A DNA stretch of 64,000 nucleotides from Bigelowiella natans CCMP2755 (GCA_000320545.1 ADNK01002144.1:26853-90852), one strand, 5' to 3'. Positions 26,729 to 39,347 are shown, numbered from the stretch's first letter. The notes: a model not told the origin generated them from the sequence alone. Made by a program: numbers and translations.

Positions 26729-28419
26729 TCATTTTGACTCCTCCACGCTGTTTGCTTGGGTGCCAATAAAGCATCCCATTAGAATAAGCAATCCACCGAA
26801 AACCTCATTGCTTGACATCGTCTCTGAGAGTAGAAGAGAGCCAAAAATTGCCGCCCACAAAGGTTCGGTGCCTATTATGACGGAACTTTCGCTAGCTGGG
26901 ACCTGGGAGTAAGGAAAGATAGAATACGTGCTTATTGACTACTGCTGGCGTGATTTAATAAACAATGCCAGCACCTCTTTCAGAGCAACATTGGTGATAT
27001 AAACCGTGAGTGCCGTGGACAGTAGCCCCGTATGTAGGAGTGCAATAAGCGAATCTAAATAATCGGAGAGAGACTGCTCGATATAGAGATGATGGGTGAG
27101 AAGAGAGCATATTAACTACTTACATGGTTCTTGCAGAAAGGACAAAGCAATCGTTTCTTGTCCATTGCCATAGTGCATGCTAATTGCCCATATAAGGGAT
27201 ACGATTGCAGTGACCTGGACCTGATACGCCATTGTATAAGTTTGTGTGTTTACATAAATTGTGTTTTATTTGAAGTAAGTAGAGATAGATAAACAGCACC
27301 TGGATCGCAGAAAGAGCTTTTTCAGACCCTGTTGGCAATCGTCTTAGGTATTCTTCGATACGTACATATGATATTCCGAAGCTCAACGGTTGGAAGAAGC
27401 ATATGAGATCGTTGATGTCCTAACAAGCATCATTTCTCAGTGCTACTACCATATAACAACAAACGTGAATGGTTGTTTTCCCAACTTACAGGGGGGCCAA
27501 GTTGGCTTTCCGGTGAGTACTCCAGAAACGCTATTCCAAAGAGCGAAAAAAATGCAGCGCTCAGCAATTTCATGGAGATTTTCTTCCCAAACAGAATCTC
27601 GATGAGAGGCACCACGATAACCTGGACCCAGATTTTACATGTTAGTCAAAGAGGATGATTTAAGATAGCGGTATATAGGAAGGAAGAATTGCCTGCAGAC
27701 TACAAATGAAAGCAGCCTTATTCGAGGAGACGCTCTGCAAAGAGATGGCTTGGGTCACATATCCGAGAGATATCCAAAGGCCTATCTCAGCGCCAGCTAA
27801 CCTTACCTCCCTAAATTAACCAAATAAGAAGCATATCTGCGAACCAATTCAGTGTTGTTTACAGTCGTCTAGGTAATAATACTTGGTAGTTTCTCGGGAG
27901 AATGGAGTAAGGGCCAGCCCAGCGATCAGGAAACGCAATAAACAAACGATATCCGGAGTCTGAATATTGGGAAATATAATAACCCTTTTTGTCGTCATCA
28001 TTATCTTCTTCTTCTTCTTCTTCTTCTTCATCATCATCATTATCATTATCATCATCACTGAGTAGTCCTAATTAAAATGCTGCTACTAACCATGTGTCCC
28101 TGATTCAGGAGGTATTTGACGCTTGGAAAGTTCGTTCCCCACAGAAGAGCCACAAGAAGCAGCAGCCCTCTTTGTCTATAGTAGTCCCTACAATTGAAAG
28201 CAGCAGCGTGTTGTTTGCAGCAGCAGGCCAACACATTAGGATGGTGATGACGATGATGACGGCGGTGGTTCTATAATCATATTTTTTTCTAGAGGCAAGT
28301 AGCATTAGTATCACCTTTGAGTGACACTAGTTGACTTATCGAGTTGGTCTGTTGTCACTAGGTCATCTCCAACTGTTTCCACAGAAGAGATGTTGTCACC
28401 AAACTCCGAGTTGTTTGAC

Positions 28420-28456
<37 letters not shown>

Positions 28457-28952
28457 GTGACGATTTGCTGTAAAAGACCCTAAACTTTGGTCTGCTTTGG
28501 GTAGTAAGATGAAACGACGTCACGAAGGGGGGAAATTGACTGCTCTCTTTGAAAAGTGCAGATGGTCCATATTCCGCATTGCGAGATCTTGTAGAACTTT
28601 GCAACGTAGAGGAGGAGGAGGAGGAGGAGGAGGAGGAGGAGGAACGCATCGAGGGTTGGTGCTCCTTAAGTAGCACTTTCTTATTTAAATATGGTATACT
28701 TCCGTCTCCAATGAGAGACTGTATTTGCCCTTTTGATGCAGATACCGTGCCGTCGCGAGTCAGATCACAAGAAGGCGAAGCAGCTCTTCTCGTTCTAAAA
28801 CTTGAGATTTGGCTTTTTCTGGAGAGATATCTGTAGGATGGTTTCGCTAGGAGAAGGGAAAGAGCAATCAGGTTCAAACAACATATCCGAGGAGTATATT
28901 GTCTGCAGCAGGTAGGTCCCGGTTCGCCTGCCTTTTTGCGCCAGTCGATCAT
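26729..28952 (-). CDS. EamA/DMT-family transporter with bipartite (signal + transit-peptide-like) N-terminal leader
   Basis: Spliced exons give LLLVALLWGTNFPSVK, LLRFLIAGLALTPF, EIGLWISLGYVTQAISLQSVSSNKAAFICSLQVIVVPL, HTGLLSTALT, VPASESSVIIGTEPLWAAIFG, EVFGGLLILMGC...EESK*. The first exon has hydrophobic CCLNLIALSLLLA followed by an R/S-rich segment. Confidence 0.88.
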
Positions 28953-29315
28953 GTTCCTACTCCACCTCCTTCTCCTCTTCCTCCTCCTCCTCTGCTAACA
29001 TACGTAACCATGGATTATGACGATCAGCGCGGGACAGTAGAGCAATTAGGTAATATTACCGTATAAAATCGTCCTGGCACTGTTTATTATTAAAAGGGAG
29101 CCGTTTTATCCCTACGTCTAAGAACATATCGTTATTTTTTATAAGATATCACCGAAGATCTACGCATCGTTACAGCTGGTGGCGGGTGTGTGGTAGTTAC
29201 TGGTTACCAAGTAGTAACGACAAGCCAACAACACAACAAAGAGGAGGAGGACGAGAAGGAGGCGGAGAGCAGAGGACGAAGAAGAAGAAGAAGCCAGAAA
29301 GAAGCTGTTGCCGCT

Positions 29316-32058
29316 ATGGAAACTATCCTCGCACGCGCTGCTAAGTAATTGCTGTTAAAAGGTAAATGAAAACCCTGTTCGCAACCGTCTGTCGGTAAAC
29401 TAGATACGCTCACTTTGTGTGAATCTACAATCTTCTATTTAGTTTTTGTTCAAAGGTATCTTCGAAGAAAGCGAGTCAAAGAATGACTTTCCGGTAAGAA
29501 TAGATCTTCAAAGTTTTAGCAATACAAGGATGGATTATAATCTCAATACTATTAAGGTACTTCGTCGCTGTTGTTACGGCGGGGAAAGAAAACCATGTAA
29601 AGATCAGCGGAAAAGTTACGAAAGGGAAGCTGGAAAATGGTATGGACGTCCGGTTTGACCCCTCGGGTGCCCAAGGAGAAGTATTGAAACTGGAGCTCAA
29701 AGGAAAAGAGGTGGAAACTTTGTTTTCAGGTAAAAATATAATGATATCTGAATCGTGGAGTGTGGGAATAAATAGGTTCAGTCTGTCCAGGGAGGCAAGT
29801 TGGCAGATGTGTATCTTTTGATACGAAATCGTCATTCCCCTGAAGATGGGGACACAATGCTTGGTATTGAAGACTCGGGAGAAGTAAATACTGCCTCATT
29901 CGAGCGACTTGATGCTCAGAAGCCTCAATTTGGCAGAATGAAAACATTAAAACGGAAGGATTATGGGCAAAATGCACTTCATTTTTTCAAAGGCGATGGT
30001 GATCCTCCTAAATTTCCTCCAGAGGTTGAGGATATGTTTCGTTCTTGCGAAGATAATAATGATATTGAGATGCTTAACATCGTTACTGATCTGAAATATG
30101 ACATTAATCAACCGCATCCCTTGGAATTAGAAACTTTGTGTCATGTTGCAGCACGCAATAATCACCTTGAGCTTCTCAAAATTCTCATCGATTTCAAAGC
30201 GGACGTAAATGTAGGGGACTCTGGAGGAGATACTGTGCTTATGCATTTTATAAAATGCTGTGATACAATCTACACCTCGAGCGAAGGTGAAATTCTGGAT
30301 GCGTTGATAGAAGCCAAAGCTGATGTAAACTCACCCTCCAAGAAAGATTTTAGTCGCACCCCGCTTATAACCTGTATTCTCAAAGACCAATTCGAGCTTG
30401 CTGAGTACTTGATTAAGAAAAATGCAGATGTTTCTATAGAATCGAAACTATCTGAAAATGCACTGACTCTCGGAATTGAAAATGCTCCTTTGGAGATAAT
30501 TAAGCAAGTGCTAAATAACTGGCCGTCACCCACTCACTACCTTAAGATATGCGAAGACGTCTTAGAAATAGCTGATACCCTTAACAGACCGGATGTGGTC
30601 AAACAACTGAAGGGATCCAAGATGATGGCAATGAGCAAAAAGATTGAAGAAAAGCAAATAAACGATGAAACTAAAAACATTCTCGGCGAACTGCAAGCTC
30701 ATATGACCATCATTCAATACCAAAAAGCCAGGAAAAGGGATGGGCCACTCGTAAGCAGAGAACTTGAAAAAAAAATGGAGAAAGCCAAGGATTTCCTCGC
30801 TCATAATAAAAAACATCGTGTGGAGATACAAGATAGCGACGCAATCAATCAAGTAGAACTTGATGTTCAACAACTCAGACGTGCATTTATCAAAGCTGAC
30901 AAAGATGGAGATGGTATGATGACAAGAGAGGAAACAATCAATATGCTAAAGCTATGTGGAATGAAAGAGAAGGAGGCGAAGAGAAATGTTGAAGATTTCT
31001 TCCGAATTGCAGATGCTGACAATTCCGGAACCATTTCTTGGGAAGAGTTCGTGGAAGAATATGTTCGGATGCAGCTTGCCAAAGCAATCAATGACGTTCA
31101 TGGATACTTCCATTCTGTAGATAAAAATGGCGATGGAGAGATAGATAGAGGTGAATTCATGGAATGTTTGGTTCACATGTTCGGAAGCGTAGAAGCAGAG
31201 AGGCAGTTCGAACACCTATTCAATTCCATAGATCAGAATGGAGACGGTAAGATAGAGCTTCATGAACTGAAAGATTGGTACAAAATTCGTGCAAGGGAAA
31301 TAGTCAGATCACGCATGGTTAAGAAAATGATGAAGAAAGCTGGGAAAGCTAAAGTATGTAAAATAGAACTGAAAGCTACCTACCTACAGCTTCATAAAGC
31401 TTGTGAATACGGAAATCTTCAGATGATTAAACGATGCATTCTTAAATTGAAAAAAGCTGGACCGAAATCATTGAAAAAATATCTAAATAAAAAGGATGAA
31501 AATAAGAATCCTTTGATTTTTCTCACATTGTGGAAAGAGCACCATGGATGTATGGAGGCGTTGCTGGATGCAAAGGCAGACATCAATGCGAAAAACGGCA
31601 GAGGAAATACCATTTTACATAGCGCTTGTTCGAAGAAGGACTACCGCGTAATCGAGATGTTGATAATGAACGGTGCTAAAGAGAACATCAGAAATAAGAA
31701 AAATCAATTGTGTCACGAGGTACTCCATCCCTCTGGAGAAGTGAGGCTCCAGAAATCTTTCATTGCGAAGATTGTTAAAAAGCGAAACAATGGCGAAAAG
31801 CTGCAAGAAAAATTAGACCTTATGCCCGACAACATGCAGAAACAATATAAATTAATTTTTGATTACATTGACGAGGATAAAAGTGGTACCATATCCCAAA
31901 AGGAATTACTAGCTTATTCAGACGGTACTTCAGTTCTCAAAGATTTTTTTGTTGGTTCCAATGATGAAATTACATGGGAGACATTTCGTGATAGCATTTG
32001 GGCCCATATCGAAAGAAAGGCTCATCACAGAAAGATGAAATTGGAACGTAAACAGTGA
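29316..32058 (+). CDS. Ankyrin-repeat / EF-hand calcium-binding protein
   Basis: Ankyrin motifs ETLCHVAARNNHLELLKILIDFKADVN, RTPLITC and GNTILHSAC; EF-hands DKDGDGMMTREE, DADNSGTISWEE, DKNGDGEIDRGE, DQNGDGKIELHE and DEDKSGTISQKE. Small 5' exons start at METILARAA (29316). Confidence 0.88.
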
Positions 32059-32276
32059 GACCACAAACGTTTTACAATTGCATTCTTCGGTTTTGCATTA
32101 TAAAATATTTGGGCACGTGGAAATGTCAGTTATCATCATGGGTCGGGATTCAAAGCCACATGCGATGTACATGAACATGGTCAATAAGTACGTAGGAGAG
32201 CAAGCTATCGCAGCAAGAGCGAAAACAATGCAAGGGCGTAGCGAGCCGTGCACGCAGGTCAACGCACATGCGCAGA

Positions 32277-32349
32277 TATGAGATGAATGTAATAAATATT
32301 GATTAAATCTTTTCAATGGTCATCCTGATGTAGCTGTGCAAAGCAGCAG
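32277..32349 (+). repeat. Conserved dispersed element, copy 2 (convergent spacer)
   Basis: AATAAATATTGATTAAATCTTTTCAATGGTCATCCTGATGTAGCTGTGCAAAGCAGC. Confidence 0.85.
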
Positions 32350-32786
32350 ATATATCGACCACACCAGCAGCACATGCGACGACACCGTCTGTAGTCACAT
32401 GTTGACATTGCGTGTGTCGCTCTAGTCAGCACATCGTATCGCACACACTACGTATTAATTTGCAGTAGACGACGCCGCTGGACACGAGAGTGCGAGTGGA
32501 AATTGAAAGGTTTCATAATTTACTGATTCAATCGACATTCCATCTACGAAGCCATTCATGTGTGCATGATGATGACGTAGAAATGAACAATGGTTGACGC
32601 TAGGAACACTGTAAAACCGTACATCTGAACCACTAGCAGCTAGGCAATGATTTGGCCTGTTCGGACTACAATTGAACAACGACCAGTGATGCTTATCCTC
32701 ATTATTTATGATGGGAGAACACAATCCGAACCGAATTGAAATATGACTGCGTGAGAATGTGTCAAACGCATGGTGGCACGTGTTGA

Positions 32787-33529
32787 TCATTCCGTCTTGT
32801 CCTTGCTCTGTGCTGGCAACATCATGAGGATCACTGCAGATAATAGTTCGAAACCTGAAAATGTACACATTGACTTATTGCAATTTTCTACTGAGTGACT
32901 GATAACGTTACCTCCTGCTAATGCAATGGGTAATTTAACAACCCCGACGTGAAAATTTGCCATGAGAATCAAACCGACGCAAACTTTAGCAGCTGAGAAC
33001 ATCCATCTCGGCCTTTGGACGAGAAGAAGTCCAAGTGCGAGCACAAACTGGTAGGGAGGAAAAGTCGGAGAAATCGGTTAGGGTCGCGCTCGGATAAAAA
33101 TGAAATATGTTTGCATGGGGAATTAGTGAGAGATTGTCATGATAAAGATGGTTGAAATTGAAAAGAACAATCACAGATACCTGGAGAGACCAAAACATAG
33201 TAGCCCACATTCGTGCTATCTCGCAGTTTTTTTGGCATTCCTATGGCATACCAGAGGGTCAGGATAGATAGCAAGGCTCATATTCACCATACCTCGCTTC
33301 GTTTCGCGACAAAATGATGTGCCATCGGAGATGGCTTGTTAATTAAAACCTTCACGAAGTTTAAAGGTGCTGAATTACACACCATCGATCAAACTCTTTT
33401 TATACGATCACATGAAATATTGAGCTGTGCGATAGATATTCTCATGAGAAAATGAAGTTTGTGAGGAATGGTGCTTGGATTACCCAATATTAGCCATGGA
33501 AAAGCGAGGACGACTTCAATGAAACCCAT
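32787..33529 (-). CDS. Small (~128 aa) four-TM membrane protein, 5 exons, with C-terminal KxKxx motif
   Basis: Clean splice through four GT-AG introns gives MGFIEVVLAFPWLILAPLNFVKVL...EIARMWATMFWSLQFVLALGLLLV...FELLSAVILMMLPAQSKDKTE*. Confidence 0.75.
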
Positions 33530-33866
33530 TCTTTGGACTTTTGTGTGGGGGGGGTACGCCTGGACGTGAACGAGTTTTCCAAGGCTGAACACCGCTAATC
33601 GCAATTTCAGAAAAATAATAAACCTGGATACATCGAAATTAGAATTTGAATAAATGAAAGTATGACGTTGTTCTTTATGTTCTTTTAATTTATATTAATT
33701 AAACATGATCTTAGATATATCTTTACCTAATATCTTTCTAAATCGGCGGCCACTGTGACATTGTTTCCGATTCTCTCACTGTAGAGGAGGGCCAGAAGAG
33801 AATTGTGTCGATTGGTGAGTTGATACGTGATCAGCGAGCTGCTCTCTGAGCACCATCGGATTCATC

Positions 33867-34821
33867 ATGTCAAAAGATAAGGTGCTTACTAAAAGTAGCA
33901 AAGAGTTGAACGACTATGAGTCTATGTTTAACATTTGCCATCCAGACTAAAATAGAGTTGCAACTCCCGGAATGTGCCGTAAGTTGGCTCAAGAAGAAGG
34001 TTTGTGATTGCAAGAAGGTTTTCGTTGAAAAGAATTATAGGATGTGCTTCAAATTTTCCAGGCGCAAAGTAACTCTCTTAGCGATGAGAGTAAAGCGTTG
34101 CGTTGCTGCATCAATTACGCTGCCCAGGTCGAGCTTTGTTATCGAAATTACCTCCGGAATTTAAAATAGTATTTTCTTTGATGAAAAGGAAGCCTCTGAC
34201 GAAGTGCTCTTTTCCAAGGGGAGGTGGAAGAGGAATCATTCTTGGACTTCTCATAAATTGATACAGCTGTGTGCCTTAGTTTGGCGGACCTGAAGGACCA
34301 AAAAAACCTTGTGGAAGTGACGTATAAACTTGCCAAAAGTCAAAGTGACTGGGTTGAGGTAGGGAAGATGCACGTAAGATAAACCCTCATAACTTCCATG
34401 ATGGTTGTATTTTGTTCTCACAAGAAAAAATCGACCGACTTCAACATTAAAGCTTCGACAATCACGATGGCAGTACTGGATGCGTGCATGAAGCAGACAA
34501 ATGGTTGGGACTAAGACAAAAGTGTGCAAGAAATCCTAACCTTTCATCTTGCTTTTAGATTCGGTTTTTAAAATCGTCCGCTGCAAAACGAACACAACCT
34601 TGACTCCAGCGCCAAGGCTGAAGGAGGTAACAGAAAATGATTCCCACCATATTGTAGGACACGGTTTTTTGGTTCATGCCCGTGTTGTGTGTGCGCATTT
34701 GCACTACATGATTGCACAGAAACTTTGCGTCGGTGGCTTGAAAGCACAAGCTGAAATGAACGCAAAGGATGTGGGAAAAGACAATGAGCACAAGGAAAAT
34801 TGCATGTGCCAAAGCAATTAA
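33867..34821 (+). CDS. Small multi-exon protein with two putative ribbon-helix-helix-like units
   Basis: Spliced exons MSKDK|TKIELQLPECAVSWLKKK|AQSNSLSDESKALRCCINYAAQ|...VEVTYKLAKSQSDWVE|KKSTDFNIKASTITMAVLDACMKQTN|DSVFKIVRCKT...|KLCVGG...CMCQSN*. Confidence 0.65.
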
Positions 34822-35565
34822 GTGAATGACGAAACATGAACTAGGTGAACGACGACGGAGTCTTCGCAACAGCTAGACAGGTGGAGGACAATGTTTGTGC
34901 TGCCTGCGCCATGCTGCAATGTAGCCCTGCATCTGCGTTCGTGGCTTTCAAATGCAAGTTGAAAGTGGAATCCACCCATGCGGACAAGCTAGCAAGCATG
35001 CACGTCTAGCACTAGAGCGTGTTGCTGTGCACATTGTCGCACCGCCAGCGCAGCTGCGTGATTCACTAGTTCACTTCATGAACGATCATGGCATCACACA
35101 GGAGATGTCGATCGATGACGCTAGATCGGAACCAGGGAACATGCATCACACCGCAAGCACTGCAGCACTGCAGCAGCTAGCTTGCTAGCTTGCTCGATCG
35201 CAACGTGCCGCCAGCTCATCGTGCGCAGCACTGGAGCAGTTTGTGAAAACCAACCACGCTCCACCTTGTGCTTGAGCAAAGGTCTGAAGTCGGCTTGCGA
35301 CACGCACACGTCGATCAGGCTGTGCAGAAAAAGTCTTGCCTGGTCGTGTGTGACAAAAGTGACGCACGAACATGCGCGATGCGACAGTGACAGAGCAGTG
35401 GAGCTGGCGATGTCGAGCCTCATCGCTTGGTGCCTGGCACACGGTGACGTCGCAGCAAACACAACGTGGAAGTGAGCAGCAACCGTGTCGCCACAACCGC
35501 GTGGGCGTTCCAGCATTGCTGATTGATTGCTCATGCACGTCACAGACAAACAAACAATGAGCAAG

Positions 35566-36200
35566 TCAAGAAGCGCGCCTTCCAGCCTTCGTCCTGCTGA
35601 ACGTGGGTGCACGAATGATCGAACCTGAACTGCTTCCAGTCGTGCAGTGTGGCCAAAACATCAATGCACGAACGATGATGCTCAGGCTCTTCTTCTGCTG
35701 TGCCTTCTCACCAACGTGCTGTCCTTCAGGGACACTGCATGGTTTCCCACGCGCATGGTGCACATCAAGAGAGTCACTCGAGTTTTCGTGGAGATGCAGT
35801 CAAAAGGATCATCCGAACAATGACAGCCATCACGGCGGGGTTCTGAACATGATGAGAGATTCTCAACTTCTCAACTACCCTTCATTGCAAAGAGACGCAT
35901 GCCTGTACCGACCTGCTGTCTGTTCACCACTTTCAACCTCTTGAGCTCGGCCACTTTGAACTCAACATTGCTTAAATCCTCTCACAAATGCTTGAAATCC
36001 CCAGTTCCTTCGTTGATATTTGAGGGGTATCTTCATTAGAGTCAAAGAAAAGCAAGCACGATGAGCTTCTTCGAAGAGCTTCTTTTTAGGTGATTTCAGG
36101 ATTTCCTAATTTCCTTCAGGGAGGGCTCAAGTGTGCTCACAACATCACCTTTTTTTAAAGCTCTAAATTTCACAAAAATCCGATCGCATGCACAAAATTT
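35566..36200 (-). pseudogene. Possible decayed minus-strand gene
   Basis: Coding-like fragments (EILKSPKKKLFEEAH; DLSNVEFKVAELKR/VVEKLRISH) with splice-like sites, but I could not build a stop-free model. It overlaps the TpA-free tract. Confidence 0.3.
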
Positions 36201-36440
36201 CCACGAAATTAGGGTCTGTTTGATGAAAAAATGTCGGGAGAGTCGGCAACGGGGCAGTGGGGAGAAGCTGAGATATGATTTGATGTGATGAAAAGCCGTG
36301 AAGAGCTTATTCTTCTTCGTTCTCCATTGCGAAGTAAGAAGAAAGGGGACGGTAGCAACACACCTTCCGCAACAACCATTTGTCAACGTTCAAGGTTGCA
36401 AGGCCCGCACTCCCACACCGACGTAAGCACTCTAGATACA

Positions 36441-38070
36441 ATGTCAACCTGTTTCTATGCATCTACTGCCGCTGGGGCTCAGTCACTCGATCTGAGGGTG
36501 TGCGGTAGCTCCCTCACTACAACTGCGGAAGGAGCGACAGAAACCTTGGCGACCTTATCGGAGCTCGACGCCCTTATAACCGTGACCGACATACTGTGGA
36601 TCCTCGTATGCGGGATTCTCGTCTTCTGTAAGTCCGGACTATTTTTGATGTTAGCATAGGGATTTGATCACAAAAAAGGAAATTTTAGTTGTGTTCACAA
36701 GCTTTATCCCCTCCCCCCCCCTCATTCTTTCTCCTGCACCGAATAATATAGGGATGCAAGCAGGGTTTGCTATGCTAGAGTCTGGGTCTGTGAGAAGAAA
36801 GAATACAAACAACATCCTGTTTAAGAACTTGATGGATGCTTCGATTGGTGCCATCTGCTTCTGGCTTCTTGGATATTCCTTCGCATTTGGTAATGCAAAA
36901 TACATTTACCAGGATGTTGGAAGAGACAATCGATTCATTGGTGCCGGAAATTGGGCTCTCCAGAACTTTAACAATGACTTCGATTACCATTCCTTCTTTT
37001 TCCAATGGGCCTTCGCTGGAGCAGCTGCAACCATTGTTTCAGGAGCCGTTGCAGAGCGATGCCGGTTAGAGGCATATTTCGTGTACACTGTTGTTTTAAC
37101 AACTTTCATCTATCCCATTGTCGTCCACTGGGTATGGTCATCTACCGGATGGCTCAGCGCTTTCTACACAGATTCTGATGGAGATCGTTTCCTCAAGGAA
37201 AACGGTGTGATCGACTTTGCTGGTTCTGGTGTAGTTCATATGGTTGGTGGATTTGCTGGTCTCACGGGAGCGATTGCTATCGGTCCTCGTCGAGAGCTCC
37301 TCAGCGATGATCCTAGGGTTCGTGCCTCTGTAAAGGGATCTTCTGATCTTCTATGCGCCTTGGGTGTGTCCATTTTGTGGATGGGATGGTATGGATTTAA
37401 TGCTGGTTCAACTCTTGGAGCAGGACAGGGCGTGATAGGTCAAACTGCTTCAGCTGAGCCTGCTCTGACATACATTAACATTGCTGCCAAAGTAGCTGTG
37501 ACTACAACTATTTCTGCTGCAATGGGGGCCATTACCACCATGGTATACTCTCGCGTTGTTCTCAGGAACTACAAGCTGACTCTCTGCCTCAATGGTGTTC
37601 TCGCTGGGCTTGTTTCCATTACAGCCCCTTGCTCCGTGGTGGAACCTTGGGCCGCTATGATGATTGGTATTATTGGATCTATTGTTTACGTTATGGCCTC
37701 AAATACTGTCAAAGCGTGTGGCATTGATGATCCACTAGATGCCTTCGCAGTCCATGGCGTATGCGGTGTGTGGGGTGTGTTGTCCGTCGGAATTTTCGCA
37801 ACTCAGAGCAATATTTCTCGCACCTATGGATTTGATAACAATGCTGTCCAATCTGGAAATCAGTTCCGTAATCAATTGATCGGTGTTCTTGTGATTGCTG
37901 GTTGGACGACTGTCACTTCCAGTATTATCTTCTTTGGTTTGAAATTCGCCGGATTGCTTCGAGTCAGTGAAGAAGAGGAGAAGGTCGGTTTGGATGCCTC
38001 TGAACACGGAGTTGAGGTTTTAGAGGGGAAATCTGTTGAGATGAAGGCAAAAGGTGAGCAGCCTGTTTGA
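36441..38070 (+). CDS. AMT1: Ammonium transporter, AMT1 type; one intron 36628-36751
   Basis: LVF|WMQAGFAMLESGSVR, FFQWAFAG, IVSGAVAER, DFAGSGVVHMVGG, LWMGWYGFNAGS, NGVLAGLVSITA and DDPLDAFAVHGVCG (twin His). Confidence 0.96.
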
Positions 38071-38899
38071 TCTTAAAGAGAGCAGGCCAAATATCTTTGT
38101 TTGCAAAACAGATTTTGGGTTTCATTGAGCAGTCCTTAGACAACAGAGGTTTGTATTTGTGTAAATAAATATGTAGCATAGTAGAAGCCTTGGAGAATGT
38201 ACATACTTGAGAGCAGTACACTATAACTAAACATGTGCACGTTAGCCGCGCTAAGCGTATCAATGACGAAGTAATGCTGACTGTCTCAACTATTCTAAAT
38301 TCGTCTCCATTAAGGATCATGACTGCGCGCGCAGCTGAGCACATCCAGACGTCGATTATATGAGCAGTACGCCACAGCTAGACAGCAATGCGTTCAGGGC
38401 AGCATAGTGCATCATCGCACAGCATTGCATGTTACATAGTTGTAGCTAGCTAGCTAGGCGCATATATGTTTTCCAACGCTAGAACGTGCTAGCGTGAGAA
38501 GCAGCAGTTCATCGAAGCAATTCATGGGTGTAGTGCGCTAGTGCGTTACTATAGCGTAATGAAGACGCCATTGTCACACTGAGAAGTCATTTAGCTCCCA
38601 CATGTGTATAGGGACATATATGTCCATACATATATATGTGTACGTAGACTTAGGAAGTTTCGAACATGTACGTTTACGTGCGAAGCAAGCAAAAGCAAAC
38701 CGGAAGCAAATAATATGGATAAATCTCACTACAATGAATTGACCTTGCTAGCTTGCCATGGGCAAGGCAGTTTACTTTGTTCATGTCAATGTCAACTTTT
38801 CTCTCATGGACATTTCGATGAATAAAAAAACACGGTTAATGCCTGTAGTCATTAGGCGTTATCATTTTTCAACACACTAGCATATAGCACACCTAATCC

Positions 38900-39302
38900 A
38901 TGGAAGCACCATGATGTGAACAAACGAGTTGACAGTACATGTGGAGGCTTCTAGGAATTTCTCTCATATCTTGTGTCCACCACTATGATACTACTCCTGC
39001 AAGACTGACACATTTGTCCAGAGTCTTCAGAAATACCTAAAAGTAAACCAGAAGGAACATCGTTAAATTCAGAGATAGATATTAGTAACAATCATTTAAT
39101 AGAGTAATCATGGCGTAGAATGAATTCCGTTTTTAATTTATATATTACGTGTCTCAGCTCGTCTCGAACCTCACTTGCAAATGCTTGGGTCTGACCTGAA
39201 ATATCATAAAGCTCTAGTAACCCTAGGGTATCTTTTTTGCGGCATTTTTCGTTGTCACTCTTTCCTTATTCTGATCTAAGTTGCAGCTCTCTCTCCCTCC
39301 CC

Positions 39303-39347
<45 letters not shown>

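Noticed and set aside
34900-35900. 5mCpG deamination or fungal RIP as the cause of TG/CA richness
   Set aside because: CpG is abundant here, and RIP creates TpA whereas TpA is missing.
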